Shown: positions 54,426-64,000 of the stretch, piece by piece
Layout: every line of letters starts with the position of its first letter
Numbering within the stretch: position 1 is the first letter of the stretch
Assembly: GCA_000146045.2 (NCBI GenBank)
Contig: BK006942.2
Coordinates: 224,001-288,000, forward strand
From: TPA_inf: Saccharomyces
Lineage: Eukaryota
Reading direction: 5' to 3'
Length of the DNA: 64,000 nucleotides
Made by a program: the position numbers and the translations under genes
The notes under the pieces: generated by a model
The model's database searches: none
What the model saw: only the letters and a program-made list of their open reading frames with translations
Told to the model about the DNA's origin: nothing

Positions 54426-55847
54426 ATGCTCAGGTGTGCGGTCAAGAAGTTTGCATATTTTGCCACCTTCCTCACTATCGTCGCTAATATTTACATCTAT
54501 ACTTATCCATCTTTCCATCCAGAACAGTGTTCATGGAACTGCTCTAACAAGAACGCACCACTACAGAAAGATTTGACTTTTGTGGACAAAGTGAAGAATT
54601 ACTTCAGTGATGTTCGAGAGCAATGGCATGGTAGCCATGCCTCTGCAGGTAACGATGAGGATATTCATATTTTGGCCTTCGGTGATCCTCAGATTAAAGG
54701 CATCTGGCCAAAGACGCCATATGTGTCCCGATTAGATACATACGGTAATGACTACTATCTTGGTCACATCTATGATATGATGCAGCAGAGACTGAAGCCT
54801 CAGGTGGTGACTGTTATGGGTGATCTTTTCTCCAGTCAATGGATCGGTGATTCCGAATTCCATAATAGAACGAAAAGGTATATTAGCAGAATTTTCAAAA
54901 GAGACCCAACTTCTATTGAAAATATCAAACAACAGAACCTCGATGAGAAAGGTCAATATAAGGCGAATTGGCCTGAATGGGGAGACCGTTTTAATGAGAT
55001 TTTAGACAATGTCAAGGAAAACGAGGCTGATAATCAAGAACTTTCTTTTGGGTTTGGTTATGAAAATATCCACTCATGGAATCCAGACTTGGAAGACTTT
55101 TTAATCATCAACATCACAGGTAATCATGATGTAGGTTACTCAGGCGACGCGACTTATCAACATATGACAAGGTTCCACGACCTTTTCGGTAAGGACAACT
55201 ATTGGATTGAATACGAAACCAACACTACCCATCCTTGGAGAATTGTAGTGTTGAATGATCTTTTACTAGAAGGTCCCGCTTTACAACCAGAATTTGTTGA
55301 AGCTACTTGGATCTTTTTAAACCAACTAAATGAACGTAAATTCAATGGTAGTACTGTTTTGTTGACGCATGTTCCATTTTACAAGCGTGAAGGGTTATGC
55401 GTTGATGGCCCAGACACTAGGTATTATCCAGATGCCCATGCCCCAGAATCATATAAATCTGGGCTTTTGAGATCCCAAAATCATTTGAGTGAATCCGTTT
55501 CAAATCAAGTTTTGAATATGATATTTGAAAATGGGAAGCCAGGTATCATATTAACTGGTCATGACCATGAGGGCTGTGAAACAGTTTATAATAAAAAATC
55601 TACATCTACTTGGGAAGCGACTAAAAATATCGAAAGTGACGTTTTCGTTAAAGAAATCACAGTTAAGTCTATGATGGGTGAATTTAATGGGAATACTGGT
55701 TTGGTTACAGGACACTTCAACACAGATTCAATGACTTGGGAGTGGACTTTCAGTTTATGCCCATTCGCTATTCAACATGTTTGGTGGTTCGCTAAAGTGT
55801 CCCTGCTCGTCACCATATTCACTTGGTCCTCGCTACTATTTGTCTAA
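54426..55847 (+). CDS. TED1: TED1, ER metallophosphoesterase (GHDHEG) acting in GPI-anchor remodelling
   Basis: 473-aa ORF with ATG verified. Confidence 0.9.
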   Translation: MLRCAVKKFAYFATFLTIVANIYIYTYPSFHPEQCSWNCSNKNAPLQKDLTFVDKVKNYFSDVREQWHGSHASAGNDEDIHILAFGDPQIKGIWPKTPYVSRLDTYGNDYYLGHIYDMMQQRLKPQVVTVMGDLFSSQWIGDSEFHNRTKRYISRIFKRDPTSIENIKQQNLDEKGQYKANWPEWGDRFNEILDNVKENEADNQELSFGFGYENIHSWNPDLEDFLIINITGNHDVGYSGDATYQHMTRFHDLFGKDNYWIEYETNTTHPWRIVVLNDLLLEGPALQPEFVEATWIFLNQLNERKFNGSTVLLTHVPFYKREGLCVDGPDTRYYPDAHAPESYKSGLLRSQNHLSESVSNQVLNMIFENGKPGIILTGHDHEGCETVYNKKSTSTWEATKNIESDVFVKEITVKSMMGEFNGNTGLVTGHFNTDSMTWEWTFSLCPFAIQHVWWFAKVSLLVTIFTWSSLLFV

Positions 55848-56141
55848 ACAAAAAAGAGTAAAGAAGATAAAACTCCTGTATAGAGATTTATATTAAATGT
55901 ATGTATATATATGCATATACTGCTCTTCAAATTGCTTATGTTTTATAAACATTGACATCGGGGTTCCACACATCAAGATAATCATTATAATACCTTAGAT
56001 TGTAAAATGTTTACTTACTACTTTAAAATAACTATAAATAAAATTAAAAATCAAATTAAAAATCAAATTATACTGCCATTAGCACTGATTTTTGTTGTTT
56101 TTGTTTTAAAGGGATGCACATTTTTTTTTTTTATGTTATTA

Positions 56142-58652
56142 TCATACACTAATTTTTCCCTGTTTCAATTGTTTCAAGAGCTGCTTGCCGTGAGAAATTT
56201 CTTGTTTTTGTTGTTCTAAAGTTACATTACTCTGATCATTAACATTGTTATTGTCAACACTCACATCACGGACCTCAGACGCTGTATCTACCGGTGGCTG
56301 CAAAAATGAATAATCCAGTCTGAAGTTAATTTTATCAATTACTGTCCAATCGTCCAGTTTAAAAATTTTGTAATCACCAACTTCGCAAATTTCATTAAAA
56401 AACTTGACCTCACCTTGTCTTAAAAACCACATTGTACCATCCTTTGAAACTTTCCAATCCCTCTCATTTAGAATCTTGTATGCAATCTCCCTTTCTAAAG
56501 GAGTAATAGCAAAATAATAGTTATAAAATAACGAAAACATTTCTAAAGTTCTGAAATTTTCTAGAATTTTGGCATAAATTGACGATGAATCTTCTTTCAG
56601 CCTTTCGGAGCCTATAATAATATCACGCAACGAACAACGCATAACGTCCCACTGTTGAGTAGATCTGAATGCATCCAAGGGAGATGGTGGATTAACTCCT
56701 TGCGGTACTTCGACCAGCCTGGAAATTTCACACATATCACGAGACCTTTTGTACGTTATTTTCGATTCAATTTGACTATTATAGAGTTCAGAACTCATTA
56801 TGAATTCTTGCACACCACTTGGTAGAAGTAAAGTTTCAAAATCACTTACAAATTCTTTTTTGATTTCATTTGTCTTAGCTTCTCTTTGTTCCAAGCTTAA
56901 ATATTTCGGTGTGCTTGGTTGTTCTTCTTCCTCTGGCTCCGTCTCTGAATCCCTATCCGATTCAAAATCGTCATCGAATACTCCAAAAGTTGGCACTTGC
57001 AATTTATTTCTTTCTTCTGGTGACTCTTCCTCCTTCTGCTCCATAACCTTCTTAGTTGTGTTCTCAGGCCCATTTTGGTTTACCGTAGTTGCAACTTCAT
57101 GTTCAGACTTTGGATTTGTCGCCAAGGAAACTAAAGGATGATGTGAGGAGCTCATATTTCTATAGAAGGCCTGATTGTTTTGATGCACAGCAGCCGCCCC
57201 AGCAGCCAAAACAGCAGCGGCCGTTGCTGCTGAAGATGATGCGCCGGTATTGTCAGGTTGTAAAGACAAAGATGAAGTAGATAACTTAGGTGTATTCAAC
57301 GCACTACCAATCCTGCTGTTAGCGTTGGATGATGTTGTAGTAGCAGCAGCAGTTGTTGGAGTCTTTGTTGAGGTATTGGATATGGTGGACGATGCAGAAG
57401 TGACTTTTCTATCCTTTTCTACCGCTTGTGATGCAGCAACGGCCCATTTTAATTCACCAGCAGGTTTTGCTGGAAGAGTAGCAGGTTTCAATGTAGTGGC
57501 ACCAGTAATACCGTTTGGAGTTTGATGAATATGTGTATGTACATTTGTTGGAGTTTCTGGTGTAGCTGAACTTGGTGATTTTTGCAATGACGGAAGCAAA
57601 TTATCAGCACTGCTCCTGGGACTCTTTATAGAAGTTTTAACAGCCTCTTCAGGCTTTGTTGCATTATGGATAGGGGAAGATGAAGGACTTCTTTCCGTTT
57701 CTTTTGAAGCATCAGCAACGGGAATGACAGGTGACGGCGTAGAAGAGGGACCAGCAACGGGTATAGCTGCACCTGTTGCATTTTTTGCCGCAAGTTTAGC
57801 AGCCTTTTTGGCTTCTCTTTCCAATTTTCTTTGCTCCTTTTTAGAAAGTTTTGATATGTCCTGCAGAGATTCATTAGCATCCGATGTATTGTTATCTTCA
57901 GCATTTTGTGAAGCAAAATACTGGGCCACCTCATGAGCAATGGCTTCGTTACTCTGTAAATTCAAACCGTCATAAATAGTTTCATCCTCTACGAAATCTG
58001 GATCCTGATTTGACTCCACGAAGTAATTTATATCGTCCTGCACGTTTTTAACATCTTGGGGGTCCAATTCCTCATTGGCTAACAATCTCAAGGCTAACTC
58101 CATCTGCTGTTGATGCCACCTATACCTCGCTTGAAAACGCTTATATTGTTCCTTTTTTTCATCATTTGTCGTAGATGACGTTTTCTTCTTTTTATTAAGA
58201 AGTAAAAGCTTGTCAATTTCCACTTGTAGGGAATCGTATTGCCTTTCCAGCTCATCGATCATTTGGGAAAGGTACTCAGATATATCTCTCCTTTCCCTTT
58301 CTTGCGGGTCTAAAGTCTCTGATTTTTTCAGGCTAATATTAGAGTATGCTTTTTCTTTGGACGCCTTCTCTACAGCCTTATACTTTTCCATCGCTATTTC
58401 TACAGACCTTCTGTAATCTAGAAGAGAATCTTTATCTTTAATATCGGGTGAGCTTTGCCATGATTTTATCTGTTCCCTTAGCCTTTGCAGCTTTTTGACT
58501 TCTCTTTTTAAATCCGACTCTAGCTTGTCCTTTTGGGAAGGATTGTTTGTGCATGATTCATGTCTTTCGTAATAGCTATTGAAGATTTCTAAACCTTCGT
58601 TAATTTTTTTAAAGACCCTATCGACCTCCTGCTGTAATTTTCTATGAGCCAT
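56142..58652 (-). CDS. NOT3: NOT3, CCR4-NOT complex subunit
   Basis: 836-aa ORF with ATG verified (plus-strand cat at 58650-58652). Confidence 0.92.
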   Translation of the reverse strand: MAHRKLQQEVDRVFKKINEGLEIFNSYYERHESCTNNPSQKDKLESDLKREVKKLQRLREQIKSWQSSPDIKDKDSLLDYRRSVEIAMEKYKAVEKASKEKAYSNISLKKSETLDPQERERRDISEYLSQMIDELERQYDSLQVEIDKLLLLNKKKKTSSTTNDEKKEQYKRFQARYRWHQQQMELALRLLANEELDPQDVKNVQDDINYFVESNQDPDFVEDETIYDGLNLQSNEAIAHEVAQYFASQNAEDNNTSDANESLQDISKLSKKEQRKLEREAKKAAKLAAKNATGAAIPVAGPSSTPSPVIPVADASKETERSPSSSPIHNATKPEEAVKTSIKSPRSSADNLLPSLQKSPSSATPETPTNVHTHIHQTPNGITGATTLKPATLPAKPAGELKWAVAASQAVEKDRKVTSASSTISNTSTKTPTTAAATTTSSNANSRIGSALNTPKLSTSSLSLQPDNTGASSSAATAAAVLAAGAAAVHQNNQAFYRNMSSSHHPLVSLATNPKSEHEVATTVNQNGPENTTKKVMEQKEEESPEERNKLQVPTFGVFDDDFESDRDSETEPEEEEQPSTPKYLSLEQREAKTNEIKKEFVSDFETLLLPSGVQEFIMSSELYNSQIESKITYKRSRDMCEISRLVEVPQGVNPPSPLDAFRSTQQWDVMRCSLRDIIIGSERLKEDSSSIYAKILENFRTLEMFSLFYNYYFAITPLEREIAYKILNERDWKVSKDGTMWFLRQGEVKFFNEICEVGDYKIFKLDDWTVIDKINFRLDYSFLQPPVDTASEVRDVSVDNNNVNDQSNVTLEQQKQEISHGKQLLKQLKQGKISV

Positions 58653-59028
58653 GTCGATCGACTAAACATACAATGAATCTTCAAAAATCTAAATTTGAAA
58701 ATGAATAAATAAATGTGCTGTAGATAATAGCTTTTGATTTTTTGTCTTGACACAATGAGACTTCTCGTTAAAGTCAAACCAAAAGGAGATGAACAAAAGA
58801 AAGTTCGAAATATCAACAAAATGCTTTAAAAAATGTAGAAGCAAAGTTATTAATAACTTTACAAGCGCCTTAGTCAGTTTATTGATCTGTAGGTCAGTAG
58901 GTTTTAGAGATTACGCACAGATGAAAGTGAATTAAGCTACTATTACATAAAATCAAGGTATCTTTCACAAGTTTTTCACTCAGCGAAAATTGCGAGACCG
59001 CTCGTGGAAGGTGACGATAATACGATAC

Positions 59029-60999
59029 TTACAACTTTAATATTATAAATATAAGCATGTGGTGGAACAATATAGTCAGGCAAACTGCTAAAAGTCCCCA
59101 CTTATAAACAGTGTGTAAAAAGTACGTTTGTTTTTGCTCCTTATCCTTTATTTGGCGTTTTGACAGTGAAGACAATGCCGCTACCGATGCGTTGGTTATA
59201 TTAATTCCTCGATTAATTATACCATATTTTTGAATGTCCAGTGCAAATGAAGAATTTGTATTCGTAACTTCGTATGTCGGTAGGAAATACTGACCCAGGA
59301 ACTCATTAATTGAATCGCTGCCTAACAGAGGCTCAACCTGCAGGTCTATCCCCTGCCAATTTTGAGAACTCTCATTAAGATATTTTTCAAACTGAGTGTT
59401 TGTGTCGTTAACCCAAAGATTTAGGATGTCCGTTGATTGCACTTTCAAATTGGGGTCAGTTTGAAGGCTTAAATTTGCTGTAATGAACTTTTCATTCACT
59501 TCCATTTGGAAATTTTCACACAATAATGATACGCTGTCATTAATGAAACCCTCTATCGTAGTTGTTATATTTCCATCTGTCCAAACTTCCCTTTTGTATA
59601 GCGAAGGTCCCGCTCTTTTGTGGAATGTAGGCAAACTGGGTACTTCAAAGTTTGTTAATCGCGTCACTATCTGCCAATGAATTAATAACATCAAAAAACC
59701 AAACAGCCACAGGTGAGCCCCATTTGAGATTATCCACCAGTTACAGTAAAATAGTTTTGATTTTTTGACTTTTTTGTCATCGATTTTTTCTGGTTCTCTT
59801 TTAAATATTTTTTGATTGATAAGCTTTGTTAATTGGTAGGGAATTGGATAAAGTGTACTGAGATTCAGAGTAGTAATTAAGCTTTTCAAAACTTTGTTGT
59901 ATTTAGTAAAATTGGTTTGTCCTGTCAGGCCATTAATTTGGGACATAACCAGGTTTACTTGCTGATTTTCCAGCTGAAACAGAATTCTTTCGATTGCCAT
60001 GAGCAAAATCACAAATGCAAAGTACATGACTGTGAAAATTATTGTCATTCTCTTACATTTACGGAAAACGTGATTTTTTACTGCACTTAGTACACTGTTT
60101 TCCTCGCTATTTGTTTTCAGAGACCGTTTAATTATTGAAGTAGACGATGTAACCTCGGTACTCCCCCCAGATAAAATGGAAATTTCATTCTGTAAGTTTG
60201 CAGTAAAGTTCCTTTTCAACTGAAGCCAGTCAGTGGAATTTCGTAGAAAATTCAAACTTAAGGTACTAGAGGTATCTAATTGAGTAGAAAAGTCAGTGAT
60301 AGTGCCATTGAAGTTCTGCAATGATTTCAATTTCCTTGAGTAGTTCCCAAAAATACTGTCAAACATGGAGTAATTTAACAGTAGGTTTGATGCCATTTGT
60401 GAAATGGAATCCTTATCAATGGTCATTGCGTCTTCTGATATTTCATTCCATGTGTCATTTATCAGCTGTGATTTAGTGAGTAGTTCGTTAAAAATTGTAT
60501 TGTTTACCTCAAGAACTTCCTTAATCAATTCAGTTTCCAAACTTATTTGGTCGTTGATAAGTTTTTGTTTATTATCCAGTATGTCGTCTGTGTATGACTT
60601 GAATTTTTCTTGCATATCCGTACCTACCGTAGATTCAATACTCCGTAGTTTGCTTTCGAAATACTGATCAATTGTATTATCAATGAATGTTTTATTTAAA
60701 GAGTAACTGTTGGCAGAATATATGGCATGCTGTGTTGTGACTGCTGTCATTGTGGCCGTTGTTGTGGCCGTTGTTGTGGCTGTCGCTGTAGCAGTTGAAA
60801 TAGATGCAAAGGTTGAGACGGTATCATTTCGTTTGACCTGTGCGTGAGACATTTTTGCCATTGTAATGTCAATGACTGAAAAGGAACCCCAAATAGTTAA
60901 AATAACAGAAGTAAAGAATATCAGTAATAGAGGATGGAAAATACAACTAAAAAACCTCTGTGGAAGTGATAAAGGTTTAATTATGTGTACATTGTTCAT
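59029..60999 (-). CDS. PRM2: PRM2, pheromone-regulated multi-pass membrane protein
   Basis: 656-aa ORF. Confidence 0.88.
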   Translation of the reverse strand: MNNVHIIKPLSLPQRFFSCIFHPLLLIFFTSVILTIWGSFSVIDITMAKMSHAQVKRNDTVSTFASISTATATATTTATTTATMTAVTTQHAIYSANSYSLNKTFIDNTIDQYFESKLRSIESTVGTDMQEKFKSYTDDILDNKQKLINDQISLETELIKEVLEVNNTIFNELLTKSQLINDTWNEISEDAMTIDKDSISQMASNLLLNYSMFDSIFGNYSRKLKSLQNFNGTITDFSTQLDTSSTLSLNFLRNSTDWLQLKRNFTANLQNEISILSGGSTEVTSSTSIIKRSLKTNSEENSVLSAVKNHVFRKCKRMTIIFTVMYFAFVILLMAIERILFQLENQQVNLVMSQINGLTGQTNFTKYNKVLKSLITTLNLSTLYPIPYQLTKLINQKIFKREPEKIDDKKVKKSKLFYCNWWIISNGAHLWLFGFLMLLIHWQIVTRLTNFEVPSLPTFHKRAGPSLYKREVWTDGNITTTIEGFINDSVSLLCENFQMEVNEKFITANLSLQTDPNLKVQSTDILNLWVNDTNTQFEKYLNESSQNWQGIDLQVEPLLGSDSINEFLGQYFLPTYEVTNTNSSFALDIQKYGIINRGINITNASVAALSSLSKRQIKDKEQKQTYFLHTVYKWGLLAVCLTILFHHMLIFIILKL

Positions 61000-61134
61000 C
61001 TTTGCCGTACTCTTAGTTTTATCGAAAAGTGGTGTAGATTTTCAGCTACTTAAGCCATGTTAGTGTTCTAGTTTTTTGCTTTACATGTTATATAAAGGGC
61101 CAAGATAGCATATGTAAATGTTTTATTACTGGGC

Positions 61135-61141
61135 TGAAACA
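61135..61141. promoter_or_regulatory. Pheromone response element TGAAACA, about 135 bp upstream of PRM2
   Basis: Motif is present in the PRM2-CST6 divergent promoter. Confidence 0.4.
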
Positions 61142-61665
61142 TTTTTAAAACATTTTTCAATAATGTGCTGTTATAACCGTACAAGGACGGTTATAATTCT
61201 GAATTAAAATGCTGCACCGAATGAAAATACCAATGTTCTTCCAAACCTATTGGCGAAAATTAAGATAAGCTGTCGCCTCTATAATCAAGAATAATCTCAA
61301 CTATTATAAATATTATTCCCAGAAGTTGAAATTGTGACACATTTGAGTAATATCACCTTACACGGAACATAGTTGCCCCCTTCTCCGAAATTGCTGACAA
61401 TGATAATCGGGGATTCAATGACAATGACAATGAAGGCAAAAGATTTTCATATTGTACTCTTGTTTTTTGAGTTATCACTTTCAAGTACCTTCTTGTTAAC
61501 AGAAATAGAACCGCTATAGAGGTTATCGTGTATACGTATCTGTTGGTGTTTCTAAATCAAAAACTCGCTTTTAAAGCAGTCTTTCAATTGGAAGATTCAA
61601 AAGGATCTAAAAAGATCTAAAGTAGTAAAGAAAAAAGTATAAGCCCACACCTTTTTGGTAGGATA

Positions 61666-63429
61666 ATGTTTACTGGTCAGGAGTATCATTCCGTAGACTC
61701 TAATTCCAACAAGCAAAAAGACAACAATAAACGTGGTATTGATGACACATCAAAGATCTTGAATAATAAGATACCGCACTCTGTTAGTGATACTTCTGCC
61801 GCCGCCACCACCACTTCTACTATGAACAATTCTGCTTTAAGTAGATCCTTAGATCCTACTGACATAAACTATAGCACAAATATGGCTGGTGTGGTTGACC
61901 AAATACATGATTATACTACTTCCAATAGAAATTCTTTAACCCCACAATATTCTATTGCAGCTGGAAACGTCAATTCGCATGATCGGGTTGTTAAACCCAG
62001 CGCCAATTCAAACTATCAGCAGGCTGCATACCTTCGACAACAGCAACAGCAGGATCAGCGACAACAGTCACCCTCTATGAAAACTGAAGAGGAATCCCAA
62101 CTCTACGGTGATATTCTGATGAATTCTGGTGTCGTACAGGATATGCATCAGAATCTGGCCACTCATACAAATCTGAGCCAACTGTCGTCTACCCGTAAGT
62201 CCGCTCCGAATGATTCTACTACAGCCCCGACTAATGCGTCCAACATCGCCAATACGGCTTCTGTGAACAAGCAGATGTATTTCATGAACATGAATATGAA
62301 TAACAACCCACATGCCTTGAACGATCCATCCATCCTGGAAACATTGTCGCCATTTTTTCAACCTTTTGGTGTTGATGTAGCACATTTACCTATGACGAAT
62401 CCACCAATTTTCCAAAGTTCTTTGCCTGGATGCGATGAGCCAATTAGAAGAAGAAGAATATCAATCTCTAACGGTCAAATAAGCCAGCTAGGCGAAGATA
62501 TTGAAACTTTGGAAAACCTGCACAACACACAGCCGCCCCCGATGCCCAATTTTCACAATTATAATGGTCTGAGCCAAACTAGGAATGTATCAAACAAGCC
62601 GGTCTTCAACCAAGCAGTGCCGGTTAGTAGTATTCCACAATACAATGCAAAAAAAGTTATTAATCCCACGAAGGACTCCGCATTGGGTGATCAGAGCGTT
62701 ATTTACTCGAAAAGTCAGCAGCGAAATTTTGTAAACGCGCCATCAAAGAATACTCCAGCGGAGAGTATAAGTGATTTGGAAGGCATGACGACGTTTGCGC
62801 CAACTACTGGAGGTGAAAATAGGGGCAAATCTGCACTTAGGGAATCTCACTCTAATCCTAGCTTCACTCCAAAATCTCAAGGATCTCATTTAAATTTAGC
62901 GGCGAACACACAGGGAAATCCAATCCCTGGTACTACGGCATGGAAGAGAGCAAGATTGTTAGAAAGAAATCGAATTGCAGCTTCGAAATGTAGACAAAGG
63001 AAAAAGGTTGCGCAGCTGCAGCTCCAAAAGGAATTTAACGAAATTAAAGACGAGAATAGAATTTTACTGAAAAAGTTAAATTACTATGAAAAACTAATCT
63101 CTAAATTCAAGAAATTCTCCAAAATTCATTTACGTGAACATGAAAAACTAAATAAAGACTCAGATAATAATGTTAATGGCACTAATAGTAGCAACAAAAA
63201 TGAAAGCATGACTGTGGATTCATTAAAGATCATTGAAGAACTTTTAATGATCGATTCAGACGTTACAGAAGTGGATAAAGATACTGGTAAGATCATAGCC
63301 ATCAAGCACGAGCCATACTCTCAACGTTTCGGAAGCGATACTGACGATGACGATATAGATCTCAAGCCCGTAGAAGGTGGTAAGGATCCAGACAACCAAT
63401 CATTACCCAATTCTGAAAAGATAAAATAA
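61666..63429 (+). CDS. CST6: CST6/ACA2, ATF/CREB-type bZIP transcription factor (basic region RNRIAASKCRQRKK)
   Basis: 587-aa ORF. Confidence 0.9.
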   Translation: MFTGQEYHSVDSNSNKQKDNNKRGIDDTSKILNNKIPHSVSDTSAAATTTSTMNNSALSRSLDPTDINYSTNMAGVVDQIHDYTTSNRNSLTPQYSIAAGNVNSHDRVVKPSANSNYQQAAYLRQQQQQDQRQQSPSMKTEEESQLYGDILMNSGVVQDMHQNLATHTNLSQLSSTRKSAPNDSTTAPTNASNIANTASVNKQMYFMNMNMNNNPHALNDPSILETLSPFFQPFGVDVAHLPMTNPPIFQSSLPGCDEPIRRRRISISNGQISQLGEDIETLENLHNTQPPPMPNFHNYNGLSQTRNVSNKPVFNQAVPVSSIPQYNAKKVINPTKDSALGDQSVIYSKSQQRNFVNAPSKNTPAESISDLEGMTTFAPTTGGENRGKSALRESHSNPSFTPKSQGSHLNLAANTQGNPIPGTTAWKRARLLERNRIAASKCRQRKKVAQLQLQKEFNEIKDENRILLKKLNYYEKLISKFKKFSKIHLREHEKLNKDSDNNVNGTNSSNKNESMTVDSLKIIEELLMIDSDVTEVDKDTGKIIAIKHEPYSQRFGSDTDDDDIDLKPVEGGKDPDNQSLPNSEKIK

Positions 63430-63789
63430 CAAAGTTTTGGTGAGCACAACGGTGTTTCATTCAAGAATGATAAGGACAACTATATATGTAATATACGTGT
63501 ATAAATACTCGAGCTGCATCCTTTCTTTTCTGCCGTTATTATTTCGTTTAGTTACTACATTTATGGTATAAATTACCTTTAAGACATTATTATTTTGCAT
63601 GTATGAAATTTGCTCGTGTCAACCCCTTAGTCCTCCTTGCCTCTGTTGTATGGAGGAAGCCCTTTAAACCTGTATTTAGTTTTTTAAATCTATTAGAATT
63701 AAGTACAATTGTACAGATGGTAAAAAAAAGTAATCGTTATATCGTTTGTCAGTGATTTTTTTTTTTTTATTTCATTCATTATTTATTTC

Positions 63790-64000
63790 TTATTTTTCAA
63801 TTTGTTCCCTTATTGGGGCAAACCACGGGTGTCCCATCGCTTCCTTAGCAGTTAATCTTTCTTGATGATCATATCTCAAAAGATTGTCAATAAGGTCAAT
63901 AATTTCATCGTTGCCGCTTAAATGTTTATTACCATCATTGATGAATCTATGCCAAGGCTTTCTGATGTATTGGTCCATATCGTAAAATTCTCTCGGTAAG
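63790..64000 (-). CDS. CKA1: CKA1, casein kinase 2 alpha catalytic subunit; C-terminal part only, gene continues past the window end
   Basis: The ORF 63790-63978 ends [13 protein letters not shown], and the open frame continues to the window edge. Confidence 0.85.

Noticed and set aside
56036-56072. Short tandem AAATTAAAAATCAAATT duplication downstream of TED1
   Set aside because: Two copies only, in an AT-rich 3' region. Likely replication-slippage noise.
56125-56140. ARS consensus-like TTTTATGTTAT in the NOT3/TED1 convergent terminator region
   Set aside because: It has one mismatch to WTTTAYRTTTW. Near-matches are frequent in AT-rich yeast intergenic DNA and cannot be called without functional data.

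Overview
This window reads as Saccharomyces cerevisiae nuclear DNA from the left arm of chromosome IX. It runs from inside SPO22 (YIL073C) to the 3' end of CKA1 (YIL035C). I identified it by recognising the translated ORFs from memory, not by any database search. There are about 38 protein genes in the known order: SPO22, HOP1, PCI8, MAM33, RPS24B, SEC6, YIL067C, RNR3, FIS1, EFM4, YRB2, ARC15, SNP1, YIL060W, RGI2, tS(UGA) SUP17, VHR1, YIL055C, YIL054W, RHR2/GPP1, RPL34B, MMF1, PCL7, DFG10, NEO1, SYG1, MET30, PIG2, AGE2, CBR1, PKP1, GVP36, APQ12, TED1, NOT3, PRM2, CST6, CKA1. Three genes carry 5'-proximal spliceosomal introns (SPO22, RPS24B, RPL34B). There is one tRNA-Ser(UGA) gene and one solo Ty1 delta LTR with an intact 5-bp target-site duplication. 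The supplied ORF track appears to allow GTG/TTG starts, so several tracked ORFs are N-terminally over-extended; I placed starts at the first conserved ATG. I do not see evidence of a novel multi-gene system. This is an ordinary, densely annotated yeast interval with no operons and no CRISPR. The least ordinary structure is a diverged, directly repeated duplication of about 0.5-0.7 kb of the SNP1-5'/RGI2-3' intergenic block. The two copies flank the delta LTR and the YIL060W/059C/058W ORFs. Each copy carries a decayed gene fragment: an RGI2-like C-terminus in one and an SNP1-like N-terminus with ATG mutated to ACG in the other. In addition, the YIL060W ORF initiates inside the LTR and reads through the canonical Ty1 Gag N-terminus (MESQQLSQ). 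Other points worth a second look: the SPO22 splice junction does not close with the obvious GTATAT...AG pair; there is a GC-rich island in the 1-kb VHR1 upstream region; there is a (TG)n-like tract with CACGTGA motifs upstream of MET30; and the RNR3 promoter carries a three-site X-box cluster.
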